This document shows, one piece after another, positions 1 to 7,253 of a DNA stretch of 33,670 bases. This stretch comes from a virus (Duplodnaviria; Caudoviricetes), in the IMG/VR virus record IMGVR_UViG_3300037755_000910, positions 1-33,670 of that record, one strand, 5' to 3'. Both the position numbers and the translations under genes were made by a program. The notes below the pieces were generated by a model. The model saw only the letters and a list, made by a program, of their open reading frames with translations. It was not told the DNA's origin and did no database searches. Every line of letters starts with the position of its first letter. Position 1 is the stretch's first letter.

Positions 1-94
1 ATCCACCTCTAAACCAGTCACTTCCTGAGTGGGGGCGTACCTGAACGAGGGGATATTGCGCGCCATCCAGGAAGTGACTGGTTTAGAGGTGGAT
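1..94. repeat. Perfect 27-bp inverted repeat (1-27 / 68-94) at the window edge
   Basis: atccacctctaaaccagtcacttcctg (1-27) is the exact reverse complement of 68-94; probably a fold-back artefact at a contig end. Confidence 0.9.
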
Positions 95-193
95 CTGGAG
101 CCAGGCGGCTTTGCGTTTTTCTCGCGGGATATAGAGAAGGGCATCACCACTGTGACCGTCAGATCCACTTGGAAGGCTCCATCTAGGAGGTAG
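29..193 (+). CDS. Hypothetical protein, probably 5'-truncated
   Basis: Open frame GAYLNEGILRAIQEVTGLEVDLEPGG...KAPSRR* ending 2 nt before the next ATG; the upstream stop coincides with the inverted-repeat junction. Confidence 0.5.
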   Translation: MGAYLNEGILRAIQEVTGLEVDLEPGGFAFFSRDIEKGITTVTVRSTWKAPSRR

Positions 194-195
194 AG

Positions 196-423
196 ATGTT
201 GGTACCACACAGCGTTTACGGTTTCGTGTGCGAGAAAGATATCGAGTCCGCCATAGAAAAGCGGTTGTCGACAGCCGGCGCCGATAAGAAGGACGTTCTG
301 GCAGCCTTACTTGGGGAGGCCATCAACACACTTCTACAGATCAATGCGGCGGTCCCGGTGCAGTCTCGGCACAGGCACTTGGTCTCTGGACCCCTGGAAG
401 CATTCGCCAGTGGCGGCAGCTAA
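196..423 (+). CDS. Hypothetical protein (75 aa)
   Basis: Strong SD (aggaggt) before ATG; tight packing with neighbours. Confidence 0.7.
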   Translation: MLVPHSVYGFVCEKDIESAIEKRLSTAGADKKDVLAALLGEAINTLLQINAAVPVQSRHRHLVSGPLEAFASGGS

Positions 424-1261
424 AAGACACATCAGACACCCAAGCGCCGGCCGCGAAACCATTTGCGGCCGGATGTCGGTTACGTTTGCCGCGAAGGACG
501 GCGACGCGACCTGTGGTGTGTGCCGGATGATGGCGACGAACGGAAACCTTGAGAAGCTACGGCTGAACGATACCAAGGAGAAGTTCCCCGGCGCCAACCA
601 GAGCGGCAATCCCCGCATGACGGACCTGCAGAAGGCATTTGCAGCTCATCCTCTGGTGACGACCAACCCACGTCGCGCGGCGATTGAGGTTGGTTACAGC
701 GAGTCCTACGCAGAGGATCACGCGCACGCACTCAGGAAGCAGTTGTCGTTCGCCATTATCGCGAACCAGGAGGAGACCAGGAAGCTATCCGCAATTTCGG
801 CTGCTCGAGTGCAGCAGGAACTGGCTGCGATGGGCTTCGCAAACGTGCTCGACTACTACAACGTCGACCCGGAGACGGGGCGCGCCACGCCGAAGCAATT
901 GAACGAACTAACACGCGAGCAGGCCGCTGCCATCCAGGAGGTCGAGATGATGACCATCGAGACCGACGAGGGGCAAAAGGTGGTGCTGGGTCGCATCAAG
1001 CTGGCGGACAAGCGCGCCAACCTGGTTGAGCTGGGCAAGACCATCGGCCTGTTCAACAAATTCACCATCGAGGACCGCCGACAGAACACGCTAGACCTTG
1101 AGCAGGTACCGACCGAGGATCTTGAGAAGGTCGAGAGATACCTGCTGAACGCCGCACGCAAGACGCGGGACAAGATCGACAATCATGAGGCCATACCTGG
1201 CGAATACGCCGAGGCCGGCACATTACTAGAGGGGCCACAGGATGGCGGGCAAGAAAACTGA
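410..1261 (+). CDS. terS: Terminase small subunit (Terminase_2-like) with N-terminal Cys/His extension
   Basis: HTH segment NPRRAAIEVGYSE, then VQQELAAMGFANVLDY and IKLADKRANLVELGKTIGLF, typical of TerS; start uncertain (GTG 410 chosen, ORF open from 311). Confidence 0.8.
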   Translation: MAAAKRHIRHPSAGRETICGRMSVTFAAKDGDATCGVCRMMATNGNLEKLRLNDTKEKFPGANQSGNPRMTDLQKAFAAHPLVTTNPRRAAIEVGYSESYAEDHAHALRKQLSFAIIANQEETRKLSAISAARVQQELAAMGFANVLDYYNVDPETGRATPKQLNELTREQAAAIQEVEMMTIETDEGQKVVLGRIKLADKRANLVELGKTIGLFNKFTIEDRRQNTLDLEQVPTEDLEKVERYLLNAARKTRDKIDNHEAIPGEYAEAGTLLEGPQDGGQEN

Positions 1262-2426
1262 TTTAGATGGACTGGATCAATTCTGCACGAACGACGGGCA
1301 GCGTGAACTGCTTGCGGCGATTCGCGAATCGCGAACGCACAGGGAGGCGGCCAGCAAGCTCGGAACTACCGAGAGAAACGTAGCCTATAAGCTCCAGAGA
1401 CTGCGAGAGAAGGCGGCAAAGTCTGGATTCTCTCCGCAGCACGACATGACCAAGACGACTCCCGAGGGATTTAGCGTCAAGGGCACATCGACGCTCTACG
1501 ATCCAGATGGCGGGGTCAAGCTGCAATGGGTCAAGACGCAGCGAGACCAAGAGCTACGACAGGAGGCTATGCGGCTGTTCGTGGAGGAGTTGAGCGATAC
1601 CGTCACGCCTCGCAAACGCATCGCGGTAGGCAAGAAAGCCACGGCCAAGGATCTTATGGTCGGCTACCCCATCGGCGACCACCATTGGGGTATGTACTCA
1701 TATGCCGAGGAGACCGGCGGCGATTACGACTGCAAAATCGCCAAGAAAGTGCTGGCAGACGCGGTTGATAACCTTGTGGATGCCGCCCCAGCGGCCGAGA
1801 CAGCCCTTCTCGCGAACCTGGGCGACTACCTGCACATGGATAACCGTTCCAACCGAACGCCGGCCAGCGGGCACATGCTGGACGTTGACACGCGATACAG
1901 TCGCGTCATCCGCTTGGCGGCTTTCGGGCTTGCACACTCCGTCGAAAGACTTCTGGAGAAACATAAGCGCGTTCGGGTGGTCAATGTACCAGGAAATCAC
2001 GATCAGGACTCAGCCTCCTGGCTGGCCCTTGTGATGCAGGCGTACTTCAAGAACGAGCCGCGCGTCGACGTTGACCTGTCTCCGTCCGTGTTCCTGTTTC
2101 ACCGCTTCGGCGCCAACATGATCTGCATGACGCATGGCCATACTGTGAAGCTTGAGAACCTGCCCGGAGTCATGGCTACCCTGCAGCCCCAGATGTGGGG
2201 AGAGACTACATGCCGCGTTGGATGGACCGGCCACGTGCATCACAGCCAGACGGTCATCGGCAAGGAAAATCATGGCGCTGTGTCTGAGTCCTTTGGTGTA
2301 CTGGCGCCGAATGACGCTTACAACGCATCCAGAGGATATTCGGCGCGTCGGGAGATGCACGCGATCACGTTCAAGCATGACGGCGGCATCAAGTGTCGCG
2401 CTACCTACAACGCTGATTGGCCATGA
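1242..2426 (+). CDS. Calcineurin-like metallophosphoesterase with N-terminal HTH
   Basis: Motifs IGDHH, LGDYLH, PGNHD, THGH, GHVHH; N-terminal REAASKLGTTERNV HTH. Confidence 0.85.
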   Translation: MAGKKTDLDGLDQFCTNDGQRELLAAIRESRTHREAASKLGTTERNVAYKLQRLREKAAKSGFSPQHDMTKTTPEGFSVKGTSTLYDPDGGVKLQWVKTQRDQELRQEAMRLFVEELSDTVTPRKRIAVGKKATAKDLMVGYPIGDHHWGMYSYAEETGGDYDCKIAKKVLADAVDNLVDAAPAAETALLANLGDYLHMDNRSNRTPASGHMLDVDTRYSRVIRLAAFGLAHSVERLLEKHKRVRVVNVPGNHDQDSASWLALVMQAYFKNEPRVDVDLSPSVFLFHRFGANMICMTHGHTVKLENLPGVMATLQPQMWGETTCRVGWTGHVHHSQTVIGKENHGAVSESFGVLAPNDAYNASRGYSARREMHAITFKHDGGIKCRATYNADWP

Positions 2427-2872
2427 CCGAGAAGCTAACCAATCCCAAGGACGCGATAGGCTCCACTAAGCTACCGCTCAACCTGATACCAGACACGGCG
2501 CTGGTTCATATGTCTCTGGCATTCCTTGAGGGCGCGTTGAAGTACGGCACGTCGAATTGGCGCATTGCGGGTGTCCGCGCCTCCATATACATCTCGGCCT
2601 ACGAGCGCCATACCAAGAAGTGGAAGAACGGACAGAGCGCCGACCCCAAGACCAGAATCCACCACCTGGGCAGTGCGATGGCATGTCTCGCGATCCTGCT
2701 CGATGCAGAGCTGGCCGGCAAGTTGAATGACGACCGGCCCCCGTCAGTCCCGCTCGAGAAGCTGATTGACGATAGTGAGGAAACGGTTCGACACCTGATG
2801 GACCTGTTCAAAGATCACAACCCGAGGCACTACACGATTGCAGACACGGAGCATCCTGATGCCGATCTTTGA
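2423..2872 (+). CDS. dATP/dGTP diphosphohydrolase domain protein (DUF5664-like)
   Basis: TNPKDAIGSTKLPLNLIP, EGALKYG..NWR, DP.T..HHL..A.AC.AIL.DA, DDRP signature; ATGA overlap with the upstream gene. Confidence 0.8.
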   Translation: MTEKLTNPKDAIGSTKLPLNLIPDTALVHMSLAFLEGALKYGTSNWRIAGVRASIYISAYERHTKKWKNGQSADPKTRIHHLGSAMACLAILLDAELAGKLNDDRPPSVPLEKLIDDSEETVRHLMDLFKDHNPRHYTIADTEHPDADL

Positions 2873-3065
2873 GTACGTCTGCGAAGCATGCGATTCGGTG
2901 TTCTCGATTCTTACGACCTTCGATCATCGCACGGACGCACAGATATGTCCGAACTGTGAATCTCGGGACAACCATCCAATTATGTCAGCGACCAAGACCA
3001 ATTTTGCCTTCGCTGACAAAAGTCCATGGAAGCGGATGAGGGCGCCCAAGGAGAAGCGGAGATGA
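2859..3065 (+). CDS. FmdB-family zinc ribbon protein
   Basis: MPIFEYVCEAC...F...CPNC...IMS pattern. Confidence 0.8.
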   Translation: MPIFEYVCEACDSVFSILTTFDHRTDAQICPNCESRDNHPIMSATKTNFAFADKSPWKRMRAPKEKRR

Positions 3066-3454
3066 AGCTCTATCTGTCCGGCCCGATGTCTAACGTCGCG
3101 CATTTCAATATCCCGGCATTCGACAGTGCTGCCGCGGCATTGAGGGGAATGGGATACGACATAGTATCCCCGGCCGAACTGGACGACCCAGAGACGCGCA
3201 GGAAATCCTTGGAATCTCCAGATGGAGCGCCCGATAAGGTCGGACGAACCTGGGGAGAATGTCTGGCTCGCGACGTCAAGGTGGTTGCGGACGAGGTGCA
3301 GGGTGTCATCTTTCTGCCAGATTGGCACACATCTCGTGGCGCGAGACTGGAGGCATTCGTGGCCCTCCTATGCGGACACCAGTTCTATGCCTACTCTCCA
3401 GGGGCAGGACCGATGCAGCTCTCGGATCGATTTGTGCGGGAGCGCCTGCTATGA
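3062..3454 (+). CDS. DUF4406 protein (nucleoside 2-deoxyribosyltransferase-like fold)
   Basis: MKLYLSGPMS...FN.PAF..AA..LR..G...VSPAE...LPDW..SRGARLE; ATGA overlap. Confidence 0.8.
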   Translation: MKLYLSGPMSNVAHFNIPAFDSAAAALRGMGYDIVSPAELDDPETRRKSLESPDGAPDKVGRTWGECLARDVKVVADEVQGVIFLPDWHTSRGARLEAFVALLCGHQFYAYSPGAGPMQLSDRFVRERLL

Positions 3455-3648
3455 TGCGTCTGGTTGACTGGAGCACTGCATATGCCGCAAGGGCGCGCAC
3501 GTGGATCCTCAACGGACGCTGGCGCGCCGTGTCACGGTATGCGATTAACGCCAGGTTTCTGGAGGTCGTGCGGTGCAGGGATGAGAAAAACGCGCGGGCT
3601 GTAGCGGAGATTCACAACAACAGCTCGCGCGGTCTGGGGATTTTCTAG
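3451..3648 (+). CDS. Hypothetical protein (65 aa)
   Basis: ATGA overlap with the DUF4406 gene; ends convergent with the minus-strand gene. Confidence 0.55.
   Translation: MMRLVDWSTAYAARARTWILNGRWRAVSRYAINARFLEVVRCRDEKNARAVAEIHNNSSRGLGIF
3471..3490. promoter_or_regulatory. Operator-like motif AGCACTGCATA, copy 1
   Basis: gagcactgcatatgccgcaa; the same 11-mer occurs at 5089, 6386 and 6648. Confidence 0.45.
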
Positions 3649-3911
3649 GCGGCTATGTCATCCGAGGTGCGCGGGTCTGCGGCCCACTCAAATTCCTGTC
3701 CCTCGTCCTCGTGGTGGTGAATGAAGCCGGGGTCATCCAGGAACTTCTTCAGGCTCGGGTTATTGAGGGAGAGCCTGTGCAGGCGCTCGTAAAGGCATGG
3801 CAGCACCTTATCTTGCGCTATGAACCCACCTTTCGCCCTTTGAATCTGCAATTCGTTCTCTGCGGTGATGATGTGAATCAGTTGCTTGGCGTTGTCCGTG
3901 AGTACCGTCAT
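3645..3911 (-). CDS. Hypothetical protein (88 aa)
   Basis: SD gggag before ATG; own upstream promoter. Confidence 0.7.
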   Translation of the reverse strand: MTVLTDNAKQLIHIITAENELQIQRAKGGFIAQDKVLPCLYERLHRLSLNNPSLKKFLDDPGFIHHHEDEGQEFEWAADPRTSDDIAA

Positions 3912-3950
3912 CGTTTGCTCCCAGGCGAAGTTTTTAATAACTACAACCCA

Positions 3951-3979
3951 AACGTAACAAATTGCCGACAGTCGATCAA
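3951..3979 (-). promoter_or_regulatory. Sigma70-like promoter TTGATC-17-TACGTT (extended -10 TG)
   Basis: Consensus-like hexamers with a 17-nt spacer upstream of 3911. Confidence 0.55.
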
Positions 3980-4011
3980 GGCTTATGTTGAATTTTCTTG
4001 ATAGTCGTCAC

Positions 4012-4037
4012 AAAAAAAGACCCGGACTTGCCGGGCC
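4012..4037 (-). terminator. Rho-independent terminator
   Basis: Minus strand GGCCCGG-caagt-CCGGGTC followed by a T7 run, downstream of the 4059-4244 gene. Confidence 0.8.
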
Positions 4038-4058
4038 TTCAGGGCGAGGATGCATCAT

Positions 4059-4244
4059 TTAGCTTTTTGGGAATGATGGCTGATCGGAAGTGAATGCGTA
4101 TGTTGGGTCCTCCGGGATCAGGGCCGCGATTTTGTCGACCTCTCCTTGCAGTTCCTGCAGTCTTTGCCTTAGTTCGATAATGACGTCTCCCTTGATGTAG
4201 TAGTACGAATCAGGACTGAGTTGGGTTGTTTTTGTTTGTCCCAT
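4059..4244 (-). CDS. Hypothetical protein (61 aa, coiled coil)
   Basis: SD gaggag; followed by a terminator. Confidence 0.7.
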   Translation of the reverse strand: MGQTKTTQLSPDSYYYIKGDVIIELRQRLQELQGEVDKIAALIPEDPTYAFTSDQPSFPKS

Positions 4245-4257
4245 TGGTGAGGCTCCT

Positions 4258-4923
4258 CTATGCTGCGATGTCTTGCAGCGCGTCCCGGTCCGCAGCTGAC
4301 TTGATGGATTTCTGGTCTACAAGGAGCGCTATTCCGTCTGCGGCGGTCTGTAGTATTGCCTCAGCCTCCTTTCGCTTGGACGGCCTCACGTATCCAGCCT
4401 CCAGGATCAGCTTCCTCATGACCAGCTGCAATCTGGTATGCACCCCGGTCTCCCCCATCCAATCATCGATTTGGGTGATTTTTGCTTTGTCGCGCTCGGC
4501 CTTCAGCCTCTCCTTTTCGGCTCTATTCCGAATCGCTGTCGACAGGGCATCCCTCAGGGAACGCTCTGATCCGAACTCGCGCGGATCGAGGCCGAATTTC
4601 ATGGAGCGCACGATACGGCTTTTGAACTGAGCCCAGGCAGGCATGCGGGTCTTCACGTTTGATATCTCGTGCTTTTCCTTGTAGCGATCCTCCGCGTATG
4701 CGCATGCCTCGCGGAAGATGCCAAGCGCCGCTTTCAGGTTGGCACTGTCGTCGCAGGCTCTGGTGGAGAGCTTGTAGATGTGGGACGCCACTCCCTCTCT
4801 TTTGTTGTCAAGCTCTGTTTGGACTTCTGCATATCCGCCATCGGCGAAGTACGCTGCATCGAATCCATTGATGGCCGCGACCGCCGCCCGGCGCAGTTTT
4901 GCCGAGATGGTTATCTCTTTCAT
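4258..4923 (-). CDS. Hypothetical helical protein (221 aa)
   Basis: SD aaggagg, upstream promoter, long ORF. Confidence 0.8.
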   Translation of the reverse strand: MKEITISAKLRRAAVAAINGFDAAYFADGGYAEVQTELDNKREGVASHIYKLSTRACDDSANLKAALGIFREACAYAEDRYKEKHEISNVKTRMPAWAQFKSRIVRSMKFGLDPREFGSERSLRDALSTAIRNRAEKERLKAERDKAKITQIDDWMGETGVHTRLQLVMRKLILEAGYVRPSKRKEAEAILQTAADGIALLVDQKSIKSAADRDALQDIAA

Positions 4924-4964
4924 TTTTGGCCTCCTTTGCCTCTCTCGTTGTTAAACACATCAAC

Positions 4965-4994
4965 AACATAAGGGATAGCGGGGCCGCGAGTCAA
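4965..4994 (-). promoter_or_regulatory. Sigma70-like promoter TTGACT-18-TATGTT
   Basis: Hexamers plus AT-rich UP-like tract, upstream of 4923. Confidence 0.6.
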
Positions 4995-5050
4995 TATATT
5001 TTATGCAGATATCCTGGAGGGCGCGAGTTTTGGTCTCCAGGGAACGGGAA

Positions 5051-5088
5051 GCGGGGTTGACCGGTCAACATAACCCGGCCAACCCCGC
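5051..5088 (-). other. 14-bp RNA hairpin (terminator or processing site) containing the 14-bp palindrome
   Basis: GCGGGGTTGGCCGG / CCGGTCAACCCCGC pair with one G-U on the minus strand, just downstream of the 5105 stop. Confidence 0.6.
5056..5069. repeat. Palindrome GTTGACCGGTCAAC, copy 1
   Basis: Exact 14-mer; also at 10775, 18018, 31474. Confidence 0.95.
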
Positions 5089-5107
5089 AGCACTGCATAC
5101 AGCGCTA
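5088..5107. promoter_or_regulatory. Operator-like motif, copy 2
   Basis: cAGCACTGCATAcagcgcta, near-perfect dyad AGCACTG/CAGCGCT. Confidence 0.55.
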
Positions 5108-5533
5108 GGCCCCCGTGGGCATTTGCTCCTTGATTTCTCGCAGGGTCTTCGGTGTCCAGTGGAGGTCAAGCTCGGCACCGTGCAGCAGCTCCGGGATACA
5201 GATGTAGCCCAGCTCGCCGCCGTATCCAAGGTCGGCCAGTCCGAACGCCTGCAGCTGGTCTTCCTCGGCATCCTTTTCGGTGATCCACCAGTCCATGCTG
5301 CCGTGGAAGTAGTGCAGGTACACGACCGCGTCATCGCCCTTGCCGTCCTGCTCGTAGGTCTTCGGCATGTTGGTGACGGTATCTATAATCTGCGCCGCAA
5401 CGCCATCGAAGTAAGCGCGCTCCTCGCCGCGCGCACCCTCTCGCATGACGGACAGCTGGGCCTTTGGCACCCATTGGCGCAGGCGTGGTTCGAACCGCGC
5501 AAAGGCGGCGATTGCATGTACTTTTCTGGCCAT
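5105..5533 (-). CDS. DUF2958-like protein
   Basis: PKTYEQDGKGDDAVVYLHYF...WWITEKD...AFGLADLG...ELGYI.I.EL...ELDLHWTPKTL. Confidence 0.7.
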   Translation of the reverse strand: MARKVHAIAAFARFEPRLRQWVPKAQLSVMREGARGEERAYFDGVAAQIIDTVTNMPKTYEQDGKGDDAVVYLHYFHGSMDWWITEKDAEEDQLQAFGLADLGYGGELGYICIPELLHGAELDLHWTPKTLREIKEQMPTGA

Positions 5534-5553
5534 TTTATCTTCTCCCGTTGTTT

Positions 5554-5614
5554 GCCCTGTCTCATCAGCTCAGGTAGGGCGTATCCTGCGGACCGGGACG
5601 GACCCGGTTTCGAC
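5554..5614 (-). ncRNA. Type II hammerhead ribozyme with pseudoknot
   Basis: GUC GAAA CCGGG-uccgu-CCCGG UC^ CGCAGG-auacGCCCUa-CCUGAG CUGAUGA GAC AGGGC: all core nucleotides, three stems, GUC cleavage triplet, loop I GCCCU complementary to 3' AGGGC. Confidence 0.92.
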
Positions 5615-5866
5615 TCACCTTGGGTGGTACGCGGGATCGCACAGGAGACGAATGTGCGTCGAGCATCGCGCGTGTTTGAACTGACCATTGAAACTCCAGC
5701 CGACAGGCATGTGCGCAGATCGCGGCTGCTGATATTCCATGAACGCGTGGAGCCCGTCTGACGGGCCGCTATACTGAACTCTCACAGTGTCTCCTGCAGC
5801 GCGCTGACCGCAGACGTAGCATACGTACGTCGGCTTATACTTCACCTCGGCGTAGATTGTGATCAT
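5615..5866 (-). CDS. Hypothetical protein with CxxC (83 aa)
   Basis: SD ggaggg, ATGA overlap; MITIYAEVKYKPTYVCYVCG. Confidence 0.65.
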   Translation of the reverse strand: MITIYAEVKYKPTYVCYVCGQRAAGDTVRVQYSGPSDGLHAFMEYQQPRSAHMPVGWSFNGQFKHARCSTHIRLLCDPAYHPR

Positions 5867-6090
5867 GCTCCCTCCAGTGCATGCAGGTTGCCCGGCAGGT
5901 CGACTACCAGGCCCTGCCCCTGCGTAATATTCTCGCGTAGCGTGATGTGATTCACTTCGTATCGCGGCGATAGCGCTGTAATAATCGCTTCGGACTGAAT
6001 CGACTCGGACGCCACTAGTGCCACGCGTCTGTCGAAGCGACCGATAGCGCCTTGCTCGCGCCCTGAAAAAACCACCTGATAAATGTCCAT
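5863..6090 (-). CDS. Hypothetical protein (75 aa)
   Basis: SD gggag before ATG 6090. Confidence 0.65.
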   Translation of the reverse strand: MDIYQVVFSGREQGAIGRFDRRVALVASESIQSEAIITALSPRYEVNHITLRENITQGQGLVVDLPGNLHALEGA

Positions 6091-6100
6091 CGTCTTCTCC

Positions 6101-6150
6101 CGTGTGATTCCCAACATGTACCCCTCGGGGATGCATGGTGTGGTCACTCA
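6101..6150 (-). repeat. ~50-nt intergenic hairpin repeat, copy 1
   Basis: cgtgtgattcccaacatgtacccctcggggatgcatggtgtggtcactca; near-identical to 7080-7130. Confidence 0.9.
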
Positions 6151-6336
6151 AGCGAGTACGCCGGCTTCCCGGAGTGCCAGTTTCGCCTCAGTCGCAAACG
6201 ACGAAGACAAGACCGCCTCGCCATTCACTGCGCCGCAGTTCTGAGTCCGGTCAGCCTCATAGATGCGCAGCAAGACGTGCGCCATAGCCGATGCGCTCTC
6301 GGGGCGCGCTTGTTGTGCCATTTCTTGATAGGTCAT
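6148..6336 (-). CDS. Hypothetical protein (62 aa)
   Basis: SD gaggag, upstream promoter. Confidence 0.7.
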   Translation of the reverse strand: MTYQEMAQQARPESASAMAHVLLRIYEADRTQNCGAVNGEAVLSSSFATEAKLALREAGVLA

Positions 6337-6375
6337 CATCTTCTCCTCGGTGTGTGTTTGCCTCAGGCAAACTTG

Positions 6376-6404
6376 ATTATGCAGCAGCACTGCATAGGGT
6401 GCAA
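6376..6404 (-). promoter_or_regulatory. Sigma70-like promoter TTGCAC-17-CATAAT overlapped by operator-like motif copy 3 (6385-6404)
   Basis: Good hexamers and spacer; AGCACTGCATA at 6386-6396 lies in the spacer. Confidence 0.7.
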
Positions 6405-6412
6405 GATAAAAA

Positions 6413-6688
6413 TCAGAGCCCGAAGCGGACCCCGCAGCTCACATGATTGAGCGAATCCTCCTCACTCGCGGGACCGAACGGCGGCCCCACCAGCAAGTGC
6501 GAAACGTGTTCGTATTCGCATACGACGCGATCAGAAACGTGTTTCTCGAGTCGGAGAGTCGCGGTCGGGCCCTGCCCATAGAAACCGCCGTCGCGGACCT
6601 TGGTGCCCACCAGGGCGGTCGCGGTTACGTTCGCACAGCCGGTGGTTAGCACTGCATATAGCGCTATTGTGATTGTTGTGGTTCTCAT
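6413..6688 (-). CDS. Putative lipoprotein, beta-strand rich (91 aa)
   Basis: Hydrophobic N-terminus with lipobox-like LTTG-C; SD aggag. Confidence 0.7.
   Translation of the reverse strand: MRTTTITIALYAVLTTGCANVTATALVGTKVRDGGFYGQGPTATLRLEKHVSDRVVCEYEHVSHLLVGPPFGPASEEDSLNHVSCGVRFGL
6647..6666. promoter_or_regulatory. Operator-like motif, copy 4
   Basis: TAGCACTgcatatAGCGCTA dyad. Confidence 0.5.
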
Positions 6689-7068
6689 TATGCTGTTGCT
6701 CCTGTGGTTTCCGCCGGCAGGTCGTTCGCGCGTGACCGTTCAGGGCGGTGGTATTGTGGGTGTCGGTAGATGTCGCCGCCGTTTTTCTTGCTCGCGTGGC
6801 GTATGCGCACGATGCAGTGCGTCAGCATCTCGGACCCGCCATGTGAGCGGCTGTTGGCCAGCAAGATAGGCACCTTGACGGGCCCCATGGACCGACTGAC
6901 GCGCCCGGTTACGTCGTAGACGTCCATCCAGTCCACCCCGGTGACGGTGTCGCCGTAGTGGACCCTGATGCGCCAACCGCGTAGGCGGGCGTTCTCGATG
7001 GCGTCGATGACAGCCGGCGCCGTCTTCGCGTGGTAGCTGGTACCGTTGTTGTACTCGATGTATTTCAT
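6688..7068 (-). CDS. Phage hypothetical protein (126 aa)
   Basis: SD gaggag before ATG 7068; NGTSYH...RIRVHYGDT.TG.DW...DVTG.V.RS.G..K.PIL.....S.GG pattern, which I recall from phage hypothetical proteins. Confidence 0.75.
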   Translation of the reverse strand: MKYIEYNNGTSYHAKTAPAVIDAIENARLRGWRIRVHYGDTVTGVDWMDVYDVTGRVSRSMGPVKVPILLANSRSHGGSEMLTHCIVRIRHASKKNGGDIYRHPQYHRPERSRANDLPAETTGATA

Positions 7069-7079
7069 TGTCCTCTCCT

Positions 7080-7130
7080 CGTGTGATTCCCAACATGCAC
7101 CCCAGCAGGGATGCATGGTGCGGTCACTCA
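7080..7130 (-). repeat. ~50-nt intergenic hairpin repeat, copy 2
   Basis: cgtgtgattcccaacatgcaccccagcagggatgcatggtgcggtcactca; 10-bp core stem CAUGCAUCCC/GGGGUGCAUG. Confidence 0.9.
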
Positions 7131-7253
7131 GCTTTGAGACCCTCCTCGGCGGCACCGGCAAGAATGTTCTCAACGTAACGCCGTCTCGCGTGGTGGTGTT
7201 TTTCATGGTCTTCTCCCTTCCCGTATGTGTGTTGTTGGTCATGCTTCATCCGA

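Noticed and set aside
1-94. 27-bp perfect inverted repeat as a hairpin telomere or regulatory element
   Set aside because: It starts exactly at base 1, its right arm is inside a normal-looking ORF and the left arm truncates that ORF; more likely a fold-back chimera. Read mapping would decide.
5056-5069. FNR/CRP box
   Set aside because: TTGAC-N2-GTCAA spacing does not fit TTGAT-N4-ATCAA
6647-6666. CIRCE (HrcA) element, tempting given groES
   Set aside because: Half-sites TAGCACT/AGCGCTA are 6 nt apart, whereas CIRCE (TTAGCACTC-N9-GAGTGCTAA) needs 11 between the same heptamers; it is also far from groES
6101-7130. CRISPR array or attachment sites
   Set aside because: Only two copies about 1 kb apart with genes between; no cas or integrase gene in the window
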